Source: Vicugna vicugna
Lineage: Eukaryota
NCBI GenBank assembly: GCA_013265495.1
Contig: MU061579.1
Span: 1,393,159-1,417,217, forward strand
Direction of reading: 5' to 3'
DNA length: 24,059 nucleotides
A program made the translations under genes and the position numbers. Below the pieces are notes generated by a model that did not search any database, was not told the origin of the DNA, and saw only the letters and a list, made by a program, of their open reading frames with translations. Each line of letters opens with the position of its first letter. The stretch's first letter is position 1. Shown here one piece after another: positions 1-11,961 of this stretch.

Positions 1-75
1 ACCAGACACCACACCAAGGCCTGGAAACTGAATAAATGTGTACTGATTGAGTTAATGAGCTAATGAATAAATGGT
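1..75 (+). mobile_element. L2 LINE 3' end relic
   Basis: GCCTGG...AATAAATGTGTACTGATTGAGTTAATGAGCTAATGAATAAATG resembles the L2 terminus with its (AATG)n-like tail. Confidence 0.5.
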
Positions 76-1169
76 GGAACATACCTTATAAAATGATTCA
101 GAGAATGCTTTCTACTTTCAATAAATTTACAATTGTGTTAAATTAGAGACTATGAACCCAAATAAATATGAGGGAAAAAAAGATGAACTTTAAGTTCCAG
201 GGGGATAAAAAAAAAAAAAGTAAGGCTGTAAGATTCTGGAGAAGGTGGTGACTATATCTGGCAAATAAGATTAGGAAAGGTTTTTAAAGTGATGTTAAAC
301 ATATCCCTAATCAAACAGTATGGACAGGATATTGATAACCAGAATTGATATCTACAGTCCAAAGCAGTAGAAAGTTCACGAATGAATTTTTGAATGTGTT
401 TTTAGAGTATTGCTTATAATTGTCATTGGGAATCTGAACAGGTTTATGTTTTAAGGGTCTTTGATCAGATGGCATGGACTTTTAAAGAAGAGCTCATTCA
501 AAAAAAAAATCTTAGAATCCAGAGGTAGGTGACAACATAAATGTCTAATGTAATCTAAAAGAAACAATATTTCATATTAGTCAATGAACAGAAGTGTGTT
601 CTAAAGTAACTCAAGTGTAAGTAGGAGAAGCCTACACATGCTATATTCCAAAGAAGCATGGGGACAAGTTTAGGCAGAAAGTTGATGGTTCTTGAAACTG
701 AAGTTTCCATTTGCCAATTGGCTATGGAGTCTTTCAGGATCATAATGATACTTTTTTTTAACTCACTGCTTAATACATTTTTAAAATATTTTTAACATGG
801 TATATTTACTCTTGCATGTTTTAATTCCTTATATAAGGCACCCTGGAGTCAATAATGACATATATGTGTCCAATCAATCATTATTTGCCTATTCTGTTTT
901 CTTGCTAATGCAGATACTTATTGCCGTTCGCCCTTTTCATATTGAACTTAGCTATCTCTTTAATCCAGACTTAGTTTCAGGAGAGAATTGGTTTCCAAAA
1001 GACAATGTCCAGTAATTTCAGAGTGTTCTATAATTTTCTATATAACTAACTATGTAAATATTTGAAGTCTAGTTTTATAGTTGCAGCAGTTGCTTCAATA
1101 TATGGTCACATATTTAGAATTTTGCACAGTGATGATTTGTTAGCTTATCTATTCGTCTAATTATATATC

Positions 1170-1240
1170 ATGTTTCTCTAAATAGATTGCACAACTTCCT
1201 GAAACCACAGAACATGTTTTATTTTTCTGTGTGTGTAGGG
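1170..1240 (+). mobile_element. possible L2 3' region fragment
   Basis: TAGATTGCACAACTTCCTGAAACCACAGAACATGTTTTATTT resembles L2 'tagactgtaagctccttgagggcagggaccatgtcttattc'; highly diverged. Confidence 0.35.
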
Positions 1241-1304
1241 AAGTAGATGCAGGTTGACTGTTTCCTTTCAGGTCCTCATAGATGTTTCTTGTTGCTGTCA
1301 AGGG

Positions 1305-1805
1305 CCTAGAGGTGTGTCCATCTCCCATTCACCCCATTGGTAAGAGGAGGATTCATATCTTGTGGTTACAGGGATGGCCGAAGATATGACATCAGAGACT
1401 GGACAGATGAGATTGAGAGCAGCTAATAAGTCACATACACTTTCAGCCCAGGGTAGGAGAACAATGCGCGCCACAAAGGGCCCCATGGGGTTGCACTTAG
1501 GAACATAGTATCAAGACTTCACAGTATCAAGAGAGTGGGGGAAGTTTGGCTCCCATGGGAGGATATGTTTATCTTGTTTGAATAATTCCATGGGCAGGCA
1601 GGGAGCTGAAGCCCACTTCTTGGAGATAAGCATGAACAGCGCCCCAGTGCCATGGTAAGGAAGGTTGTTTGGCTAGGGGACCTCATCTGGGGGAGCAGAG
1701 CAGGGAGAGGAACTCAGAGTTGGTTTGGCTTTTCCAGGTCTTTTTGATTTTTCTTACAGTCCAAGGCTCAAATAATAATGGGTCTTACTTTTAGAACTTA
1801 TATCA
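1305..1805 (-). mobile_element. ERVL-class solo LTR (MER76/MER77-like)
   Basis: GC-richer island. The minus strand reads TGATATAAGTTCTAAAAGTAAGACCC...GGTCCCCTAGCCAAACAACC...GGAATTATTCAAACAAG...CTCATCTGTCCAGT, matching a recalled ERVL LTR consensus; subfamily and left edge uncertain. Confidence 0.7.
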
Positions 1806-2269
1806 CTGGATGTCAACAAATGATCTTATGGACTTTGGAAATTACTCATGATTATGTGCTGTTGATTTCTATCCTGCATGCGATGCCAAGGCTAATTCTT
1901 CATTGGTGCCCCCAGACAACTGAGAGCACAAGCTGAAGAGTCAGCTGTTTCCCTCACATACTATTTTTGAGAAGGACATAGATTCTTTCTCTGATGTAAA
2001 CCCCTGGAGATTGTTCATTCTGTAAGATATCAAAATTTGACCTTTGAGAAGAGCACCTCAGCACCAAATGTTGTTAGTCTGCTCACTTAGCCCGATATTT
2101 AAACGACTCTACCATTTGGGTAAAATTCAATATTTTAGTCTTGTTTCCCACTTTCATTAAACCTTTATAATTTATTTAAATTTCTTTCTTTGCTCTCTCC
2201 CGAGTATATTGTGATCTTTCCTGCTGTTAGGTCTAATGATTGGGTTTCTATCCTTATTAAAATTCTCAC

Positions 2270-2430
2270 TACATGAGTGATCTCTCTAGTCCTTATTTTT
2301 CTTAACTATGAAATAGAGAAATAATATTATACATTTTGGTTATTTTTATTGTGAGAATTAAATGAAAGAGTGGTTTTAAATTACTCATCCCAGGGTTATA
2401 AATATTAGAAATACTTGATAAATGTTATAG
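2270..2430 (+). mobile_element. MIR SINE fragment
   Basis: Core-like 'tatgaaatagagaaataata...ttgtgagaattaaatga...cttgataaatgtt'. Confidence 0.55.
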
Positions 2431-2554
2431 GATATCATTTCTATCAATATGGTCCTGATTTATAGACAAAACTTAAGGGATGATTAATTATGGCATCATT
2501 GCTTACTTAGAATAGCATTTCATCACTAAAGCATAACTTTTTCATATATTCATG

Positions 2555-2850
2555 TAATGGAAAATTTAGTAGCCATTAGAAATTGCATGAAATCTAAATG
2601 TATAACATGTCTCTTGATAACATTAACACTAATAAAATTGGTTATTTAAGTCATAAAAGAAAAATTCGAATAAAATGTTTACTGAACAAATTGTGATGAA
2701 AAACCCAGTTCTGAGGATCATCTACATACAAAAATAAACCCAAAAGGATATACAATAACATATTTTCTTTATATGACTGGATCATGCTGGTTTTGCTTCT
2801 TTATTTTGCATTTTATGATTTTACAAAGTACACGGTCACATTATTCTAAT
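2555..2850 (+). mobile_element. possible ancient L1M/L1ME 3' remnant
   Basis: 'atggaaaatttagtagccattagaaa' resembles the L1 ORF2 C-terminal 'atggaatactattcagccattaaaaa', followed by A-rich, 3'UTR-like sequence. Confidence 0.35.
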
Positions 2851-2989
2851 ACATTCTTGAACACTTACCAGATCATCTCACTTTCTGAACCTGGCACTTT
2901 CCTTTGAATTGTTAAAGCTTTTCGTTGTCTGTTTCAGCCACATGTCAAATATCCAGAAGCTCTTCAGTTTTGTCTATTTGTTGTAGAGA

Positions 2990-3499
2990 TGTCCGATCAC
3001 CCATGATAAAATAACATAGTACCCTAAACCTCTGTGTCTTAAAAGATAATTATTACATTATATGATTATGTGGCTTCAGAATCCAGATGATATTTTGCTA
3101 AGTGATTCTCGGTGTCAGCCGAAGTCACGTGATAGACTTCAGAGACAGCTGGGCTGAGCTGGAGGGCCCGAGAAGCTTGCTCATATGTATGCTTGGCATG
3201 ATGTCGGAGATGGCTGGAAGACTGGGTTCAGCTGTCCTCCAGGTAGAATCAGGGGCTCTCAATGTCTTTTCTTAGCAGGATTTTCATATTTCTTACATGG
3301 GGAATTGGGGATCCCTGAGACCAAACTGGAAGCTCCCAGTCCTCTTAAAATTCTAACCTGGAACTGCCATAACATTATTTCTACTATTCTCTGTTGATTG
3401 CATACTCAGAGATCAGGCTAAATGCAAGAAGAGGGGAAATATACCTCAATTCTCAGTGGAAAGAGAATAGAGTCTTTTAGCCATCTCTAATTCTCCACA
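2990..3499 (-). mobile_element. MaLR solo LTR (MLT1G/H-like)
   Basis: 'gctggaagactgggttcagctg', 'ttcttacatgg', 'gaagctcccagtcctcttaa', 'gccatctctaattctccaca' match the reverse complement of an MLT1 LTR; left edge approximate. Confidence 0.75.
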
Positions 3500-4278
3500 G
3501 AAAGGCAAGCTAAAATTTACTGTAATTCTCATACATTTTTGGTATTTTTAGTGCTTTATGTTATATGTGTGTTTTACATGCATTAGTTCATTATCTCTTT
3601 AGATACTTAAATATTTATAATAATAACAAAAAGTTATTACTATATTCATCACTAGTTTGGGATGTTTGCAGTGTTCTGATAAATAGCACCGTCTTCCCTT
3701 TCCAAGTTCTACACTGATTGAGAGGCACAAAGGATCAGTAGATGAAGACTGGACAACAACAGCTTTGCAACAAAAAATATGATTTTGAAGAATAAGACTC
3801 ATATCTTTACATCATTAGGTTTTATAAAATTGAGCCCTAGAATTAGTCAAACTTACCCATGCAAGGAGCTACAGCCATTTCCTACAAGGCAGAAAGGAGA
3901 GCAATGGAACATAAATTCTCTGTTTCTGTCCTACTTTCAAGAGAACTGAGATAGGTTTCACATGCCAATTTTCTTATTTATTTTCCCCAGGAAAGGATTG
4001 TGTATCTCAATGAAAAGATGCTAGAGAAAGAAAAAGATGAATATAAGGCAACCCAAGTCCTATACATGAGAAAATTTGCTAATGAGAATACCAAGAATTG
4101 AAGAGGTTAACAGATGTTTGAAATACTGCAAAGGCAGTGAGCTGAGAATTGAGACCTTCAGTCCAGATGCCCTGGGTCCAGTTCTATAAGGCATTTGCAG
4201 TAGGAGACACAGAAGCCCTAGAAGAGATCCTGGTATAAAAGTTACTTGTATATCACAAGGCACCTACCGGGAGCTCTT

Positions 4279-4644
4279 TGCTATTGATTAAATGTTTGTG
4301 CCCCTCCCATCCCTAAATTCGTAGGTTGAAGCTGGACTCCTAATTGATGGTATTTGGAGGTGGGGGCCTTTGGGAGGTGATTAGGTCACAAGGGTGGAGC
4401 CCTCATGAATGAGATTTGTGCCCATGTGAAAGAAACTCCAGGGAGCTCCTTCATCTTCATGAGAGAACACAGTGAGAAGGCAGCTGTCTGTGAACTAGGA
4501 ATTGAGCTCTCACCAGAAACTAAACCTGCTGGTGCCTTGATTTTGGACTTCCCAACCTCCACAACTGTTAGAAATAAAATTTTTGTTGCTTACAAGTCAC
4601 CAGTCTATTGATTTTTGTCATATCACCCCAAATGGACTAAGAGT
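4279..4644 (+). mobile_element. MaLR solo LTR (MLT1A/A0-like), full length
   Basis: Starts TGCTAT; contains 'gcctttgggaggtgattaggtca', 'gccttgattttggacttcccaacctcc', AATAAA and the end 'ggactaaga'; probable 5-bp TSD CTCTT (4274-4278) / GTCTT (4645-4649). Confidence 0.9.
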
Positions 4645-5674
4645 GTCTTTTGTAATACCATCAGTTAATTTATGTTGATGGCATCTGTCAATCCATAAAG
4701 CAATTACAAAAATGTATAGATTGTTAGTTGTTATATGTTGGAAAACTTAGGGCAGTGTTCTCCCAGTGTGTGTTTGTGGCAATGTTTGTTGAAAAGAATG
4801 CCAAGAAAGAAGATTTATTTGGATAATTCTTTTATTTCTAAATTTTCCTCATCATTTTTACAGACGTTTTCATGATCAAACTTCGGCCAATAGAAAACTT
4901 ACAATGGCAACTCCCTGAAGTTTGAAATTAAACTCAGAATATACTTTTGGAATGTAAACTAGTTTCATCTTTAGTGCTTTAAATGCCATAGACTTCTACA
5001 ACTTTATCCTGTTTATCCTGTTTACCTGAATGAGGGTTCCAGACAAAAATAGAAAAAATTAGAAATTATATTTATAATAGGGGTTGAAATTTCTGTCTTT
5101 TCAAAATTCCCCACAGTTTTAAAAAAGAAGTCAAGTGCCACTAATTCTATTTTTTTTTCAGGTTTGTCTCTTGTATGTAAAGATTTTATATCTGTATCTT
5201 CTTCTATATCTATATTTGTACACACACCCATAAGAAGGTAGAGTTAGACTAGAAGGAAAGAAAGGTCCTTCAAAGCCAATCATTTAAAATATTTAAGTTT
5301 GGATCAGAAGAGAGAGAAGCTATTGAACAAAACCTAAGTCAATGATTTGTAGGTAGCCAGCATTCTGATAGCTTTTGTGTTGAAATTATGTAGTCTATAA
5401 ATAAAACACAAATATTACATCAAAGTCTTTTGTAAAACATTTCCACGTTCTTTTAAAAATAAATGCCAAAGTAGGTGATATATAACCATTCATAACTATC
5501 ATTAGGCATCGACAAGGAAAGAGTGGGGCTCCAACAGACACCAGAAATTAGTCAGAAATGAGATATTTATAATATTCATTACAGGTCTAAGTTTTACAGA
5601 TCTGTGACATCTTTAACTGACAATCTGAATTCTGTTTTCTAAACATAATGCACTTGATTTTCTTATCTGTTGTT

Positions 5675-5697
5675 TGTGTGTGTGTGTGTGTGTGTGT
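5675..5697 (+). repeat. (TG)11 microsatellite
   Basis: direct reading. Confidence 0.95.
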
Positions 5698-7314
5698 ATT
5701 TTAAGGAGAAATCAAGCAATATGCCATCTAGAAGGAATAGTTGGAAGGAAAAACGTTCAGATTATTTCTTCATGTGTCTTGGAATCTCGTGACTACTGAT
5801 GGAGATTTCAGTGCTGTGAAGGCATTGTTTAAACACAGGAGGGATAATTGTCCGATTTTTCTCTCATTGGTATGTTTTTTCAATTTAGAGAGTCAGGGAT
5901 GGGAGCAGGACAGCAACCAGAAATGACCAGAAGCCGGGAAAAGTTTAGAGGGGAGTACACGTATTGAGAATGAAAACTATAGAACTACACATCTATCCTC
6001 AAGTTTAGCTCAAGGTAAAGGAGTCAAAATCTGGATATATGGTAGAATGAAACTGGGAATCACAGCAAGGGCTGAAGTAAATTAAAATAGTTTAAGTTCC
6101 TATTTTCAGGTTCCCCAGGCTCATGTTTATTGATCAGCAAATGGATGGTGCCCAGGTAGATAGTTCAGCACAAATGCAAGGTCATAGACATTCAGTGTTA
6201 TCAAAGTCAAAACTGTAACTCCTTGAAGAGAAACTCTGAAGTATGTATTCCATGAGTAGCAGGTTACATATTTGCTCTTTGCCAACCCAACGTTCATACA
6301 TAGCTCTCCTAACCCAGGAGCACTCTTGTTTTTGTTTCTCAGCATCTGAGTAAGTAGATTGGATCTACAGTTTGACACTTAGACCTGAAAGAACAAAAAC
6401 TGCCTAGTGTCTTATGCACTTTCTCATAGTTTATTTTCTATCAAAAATATCTTCAGTAAATAATATTGTATTCAGATAAGGGTTTGAGGGAATGGTATCT
6501 TAGAGTCAGGAAAATGGGGAGGTTTGTTAGAGAAAAAAGAAGGTGGACCTTGAAAGCAGACTTTTATTTTGCTGGCTATGGCATGAAATTGGGCAAGTTA
6601 CTTAATGCTTAGGACCCGGAGATTATACATATTAGGATTAATAAAGCTTTATTGGCTTTTTTAGTGCAATTCAAGCAAGAAGAGCATAGAGGGGAATCAG
6701 GAAATGTCAGTTCACTCCCTGACTTATTTTGCTTCCTGAAGCTCAAGTTAGCCTCCAGTAAGCCCAGCTCTCCAGGGTAGCATGCCTTAACTGGGGCTCT
6801 CCCCGCATGTCGCCTCTGTGTTTTTCAGACGTCAGTAGAAAGAAGTAGACATCACCACCTGATGTGTTTCTGAAGTAATAGAGATTTGTAATATAAGTGA
6901 TTCAAGATAAATAACCAAAATGCAGTGTGAAAGGAGAGACCCTAAGTTACCCCTAAAATTACCTTTGCATGTGGATGTATAAATATGATTATCATGTTTC
7001 ATTGGATGCTTTTAATTTTAAAATAATATGAAACGACACTGGTGTAATGAAAGCCTCATGTTGTAATTCACCATTACAAAACTGTTAAATATAAATATTT
7101 TCCTTTGTCCATTCAATTAAATAAAGAGAAGGAGAGAAAGAAAGAGATAATGAGAGAAAAAAATATTTTTAGACAGTATTATAAATCTTCAGTATAAGAA
7201 TAACTTTTTTATAATGGACCATGGAGATTTGTTTATTTAGATGGTACTTAAATTAAAAAGTGTACAGTACTATAAATGATAGCAAAATATATGTTTCTCC
7301 TTGAGTTAATGATT

Positions 7315-7525
7315 ATAGCTACCATTTATGGAATGTTTACTACATGGCAGGCAGAGTAGAAAGCACTTTATATTTTTACACAATCACCCCTGCAAACCTT
7401 CCTGGAAAAGGTATTTTAACATTTCTAGTACTCAAGTGAGAAACATAAAACTTAGAGCAGACATATAACTTACATAGCTTAATATTATACATTGATTAAT
7501 ACTAGACCCTAATTTGTATCTGAAT
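7315..7525 (-). mobile_element. MIR SINE fragment
   Basis: 'tagctaccatttatggaatgtttactacatggcaggca...aagcacttta...gtgagaaacataaaacttagag' matches the reverse-strand MIR pattern. Confidence 0.6.
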
Positions 7526-7546
7526 GAAGTGGAAGCCATTACTTTT

Positions 7547-8616
7547 AAAAAAAGACCCCATAAGGCTCTCAGCTGATTTCTCTACACAAATGCTATAGGA
7601 GAAGGGAGTGGCAAGATATATTCAAAGTCCTGAATGAAAAAAAGATGCAGCCTAGGATACTCTATCCAGCAAGGCTATCCTTTAGAATAAAAGGAGAGAT
7701 AAAGAACTTCACAGACAAGCAAAAACTAGAAGAGTTTCGCACAACACTAAAGCTAAAAGAAATATTGACAGGTCTTACTCTAAATAGAAAAGCAGCAGGA
7801 TGCTACAAAAATGAGAAACTCATAACTGGAAGGGAGATAACTGCCATGAATTACAAAAAGAACAAACACCAAATTGTAAACGAAGACATCTAAATCATTA
7901 AGAGTGGGAGAGGGAAGCAAGGAAATCCACTGTGGAAAACAGTATGGAAATTCCTCAAAAGACTAGGAATAGACTTACCAAATGAACCAGCAATCCCGCT
8001 CCTGGGCTTATATCCAGAAGGAACCCTACTTCAAAATGACACCTGCACCCCAATGTTCATAGCAGCACTATTTACAATAGCCAAGACATGGAAACAGCTT
8101 AAATGTCCATCAACAAATGACTGGATAAAGAAGATGTGGTGTATTGTACAAAGGAATGCTATTCATCCACAAAAACCAACAACATAACGCCATTTGCAGC
8201 AACATGGATGTCCTAGAGAGTGTCATTCTGAGTAAGTAAACCAGAAAGAGAAAGAAAGTTTCCGTATGAGATCGCTTATATGAGGAATCTAAAAAAAAAA
8301 CAAAAAAACCAAAAAAACAGAAATAAAAAACAGAAACAGACTCATAGATATAGAATACAAACTTGTGGTTGCCAAGGGGGCAGAGGGTGGGAAGGGACAG
8401 ACTGGGATTTTAAAATGCAGAATAGATAAACAAGATTATACTGTATAGCACAGGGAAATACATACAAGATCTTGTGGTAGCTCATAGTGGAAAAAATGTG
8501 ACAGTGAATATATACATGTTCATGTATGTCTGAAAAATTATGCTCTACACTAGAATTTGACACAACATTGCAAAATAACTATTACTCAATAAAAAAAATG
8601 TAAAAAAAAAAAAAGA
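7547..8616 (+). mobile_element. L1 LINE, 5'-truncated and internally deleted (ORF1 C-terminus + spacer joined to ORF2 C-terminus + 3'UTR + polyA)
   Basis: ORF1p motifs TPIRLSADFS and QPRILYPARLSFRIKGEIKNFTDKQKL; ORF2 end 'ccactgtggaaaacagtatgg...[18 protein letters not shown]'; 3'UTR, AATAAA and polyA at 8588-8614; TTTT/AA endonuclease-type site at 7543-7548. Confidence 0.93.
7555..7790 (+). pseudogene. L1 ORF1p C-terminal domain remnant (disrupted)
   Basis: ORF 7645..7893 begins with L1 ORF1p CTD sequence; stop/frameshift at about 7596-7610. Confidence 0.85.
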
Positions 8617-9447
8617 AAAGGCAATACCTGGTGGCCTTCTCTGAATGTGCTATGACAAGGAGAAACATTTTAAGACATATCAGCTACACATTTTCCACCT
8701 GAAAACCAACTTACAAGATGCTCTGGAGTCAAAATTTCAAGGTCTATTTTGTTTTCATCCTTCTGATACATAATCTGATTTATTTGTAGCCTTCACATTC
8801 TATTTTTTTTCTTGGCCTGATGTGCAATTTTAAATACTGTGTGCAGCTAGGATATGTTATGACAAAAAGATGTGTTTAAATATGCAATTGTTTTTAGTAG
8901 CTCACTTATTTCTTTATAGCTCAGTTTGATCTTGTCAGACATAATGTAGATAATTATAGCAGCAAAAATACAAATTAATTACACGTGCTCTTGATTTTTG
9001 ATTTTGTGCTACCCTACAATGCAATGCGGTTTTGATTTCACATTTAAAAATCCTTAATGAATAATCCTCAATTTCCTTTATGCCAAGATAAAGAAATAAA
9101 GCCATGTTTTATTATTCCTCAAATGTTTAGTTCTAAGGGAATTTTAAAATAGGTATTAAACTAGTTGTAATTAAAATATCACAGACTTGGGGTGCAAATA
9201 TAATCAAGTCAACATATACAACAGCTTAGGAATAGTCAGTCTGGTTTATATGGCACATTTATCCTACTATTCTAGCCCTTTGAAATATGCCAATATATAA
9301 AATAATTTCAGTTTAAATTCACTTTTAAAATAACTATGACATACTTTTAAGTAAATTAACTACTAGCGTGTTCAAGAATATGGATTTTTTTTTAACATTT
9401 TCTCAGCATAGTGTAGAATAGAATCCATATGGCACAAAGACTTACAG

Positions 9448-9724
9448 GAGGGGTTGGCAAACTGTGGCCCTCAGGTCAAATTAATTGTCTTTTCTTACAG
9501 ATAAAGTTTTATTGGAACCCAGCCATGTCCATTAATTTACATATTGCCCAAATGTATCCAACATTGATTCATGGTTAAACCTAACCCTAACCCAACCCCT
9601 ACTCCTAACCAAGGGTTGGACTTGAGTAGGTTAGAGGTGAGTAGTTTATAACAGAGACAATACAGTCCACAAGCATAAACTATTTATTACCCAACCCTTT
9701 ACACAAGCAATTTGTTGACCTCAC
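9448..9724 (+). mobile_element. MER58A-like hAT-Charlie non-autonomous DNA transposon with internal insert
   Basis: TIR-like ends GGGGTTGGCAAAC ... TTTGTTGACC; internal 'ataaagttttattggaacccagccatg' and 'gagtagtt...acagagac...ccctttaca' typical of MER58A. Confidence 0.8.
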
Positions 9725-9727
9725 ACT

Positions 9728-9990
9728 GAGAACATGGGAATTGAGTCAGAAAACATAGCTCTGCCATTTTATAGCTTATAACAGCCAAATTACGTAACTT
9801 TTCTTTAACTTCACTTTTGAATTTTTATCTGTAGTTTTATCTCTAAATTCTAAATCTACAATCTAAAAGTTATAATAATACTTATATCAGGCTAATCTGA
9901 TATTTAAATGAAAGAAGGTAAATACATTGCTTAGTCTAGTATCTGAAACAGAGAGGTTGCTCAGTAAATATTACATTGTTATTATTGATG
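9728..9990 (+). mobile_element. MIR SINE
   Basis: 'gagtcaga...gctctgccattt...ttatctgta...ataataatactta...ttaaatga...ctcagtaaatatt...ttattatt'. Confidence 0.6.
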
Positions 9991-11914
9991 CTGTTTTTGT
10001 CCTTGTTATTTATGAGCTTTCCTCTTAAGACTGCCTTAGCAACATCCACTTTTATGTAAATTACTAGATCGCCAACGTTTACATAATATAAAATATGAAA
10101 TGATTAATGTAGTTCCGACATAGGCAAAGGGGCTTTCTTACTGTGTTATTTTATCCACTAGAGTGTCATAGAAGTACATCATTTAAAAAATATCTTTATT
10201 TCTAAGGTTAATATATTTACAGGAGATTTTCTGGGCAAACCTGGAGTTGACACGTTCAGCACCTGTAAAATACAGCTCATATATAGGTTGTGACTCTGAA
10301 GACATAAAAGTTGATTTGCTAATACTAGTATTTTAACAGGGCATTCGCCTTTTAGGAATAATGTTTTCTTTTACATAAAATGTACATTCATTAAATTCTC
10401 TGTGAAAGGACAAAATAAATAATCTTCCTAATGAAAGCTATGCTTCCTCCTTCCTCCCTGCAGAGTATAACCTAACTATAAACTGGAGCTATATTAAAAA
10501 TAATCCAATGATAGTCTCTGATGCCATTTTTGAACACTTTTAAGGCCTGACAAAAGGGTCTTATGCTTTCATATTCTCTTCTAAATAATCAAGACCACCC
10601 TGCACATCATTCTTTGCACAGATGTCTACAGGGCTTGTTGCACTGAGGTGCTCTGGGTTTATGATTTCCTTCTCCTGTTGTCAGAGAGCAGTACATGCAC
10701 AGGTCAGCTTAGGGGTAGAAGGCAAAGGGCTAAGCTCACAGTAGACAAAAGCCCAGGCCCAGAGGAACATCACTGCGAGGTGCTGCTGGGTAGAGGTCAA
10801 TGCAGTGTTACCGACACGTCCACATATCTACATTTGGAAACCCACAACTAGACCTCGGCAGTTTCTAGACAATTGATGTTGAATTTTTTCAAAAGCTGTA
10901 ATATTATGTACTTTTGATCTTTCCATCTTTCCATCATTTGCATATAAGCAATGTGTTCACTATGTGAAATTACCCAATTTGTTTCTTCTCAGCAAAATTT
11001 CCATTACCCTGGGTAAAACAGTGATAGCTTGTTCTTTCTCAATTAATATTTCTAACCTTCTTTGAAAAAGCAGTGACCTAGAATCTTCCTTGTTATGGAA
11101 TTTGTCTTCGCATTTGTTAAGAAGAGATGTTAAACAACTTAGAATTACGTTAAGATGTGTGAGACTATGACAGTGTACATGGATCGGGAGCCTGGAATAT
11201 CTTACGAGCTGATCCCTTTCTGTATGCTAAGCATGTTTCCATAGGTCTCCTGAAGAACTCAAGAGAACTTACTATTCAGCTTACCTCTTCAACCATTATT
11301 AAGTGCCACATGAGAAAGTCAAAAATTCCCAGGGACTCTTTTTTTAATCTAGATAGTGCTCCGTATTTATTTAAGTTTCTATAAGTCAATAAGCACCTTA
11401 CATGATTATTAACACATCTGGATGCTGATTATCAGAGTTTTAAAGGCACTCCAGAAGCAGCATTGCTTAGTATTCATATTTGGTGTTCATATATAGCACA
11501 GGGTATTTTCAAGCAATTTACAAACTGTCAGGGATCTGTGAGCCACTAATCAAAATTTATTGAAAATTGAAGAACGAGAGAGAAAGTAAGAGAGCAAGAA
11601 CTAAATGGAGAAATGTGGTTTGTAGCCAAGAAAAAAATCCTACCTGGGATTTGCTGCTCAAATGCTCTAGAAAATTAGGTAGATTGTAGATTATTGAATA
11701 CATTTTCCAGAAAACTACAGTAAAAGGGAAACAAAAGAGACAAATTTGCAGGGAGGCTGAGAGGGCATTGATTATCACCAGATTACCTTTAACCTGTCTA
11801 AGTTTGAAACTACACTTTCAAAGAGTTGGAGAGAAAAGACAAAAGAGCAAGGAAATCAGAAGAATCTATTGCCAAAGACAAGATGGAGATGACATCAGTG
11901 CAGATGAGAATTAA

Positions 11915-11961
11915 ACATGCACATGTATGTGCACGCACGTACACACACACACGCACACACG
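11915..11961. repeat. imperfect (CA)n / alternating purine-pyrimidine tract
   Basis: 47 nt of uninterrupted R/Y alternation. Confidence 0.9.

Noticed and set aside
5003..5028. TTTATCCTG short tandem repeat
   Set aside because: Trivial slippage repeat of under three units.
10155..10169. CCACTAGAGTGTCAT as a CTCF site
   Set aside because: Matches only the 5' half; the GGC core is broken.
11220..11245. Similarity to a tRNA-derived SINE head (atgcttagcat, minus strand)
   Set aside because: Too short; no A/B boxes or tail.
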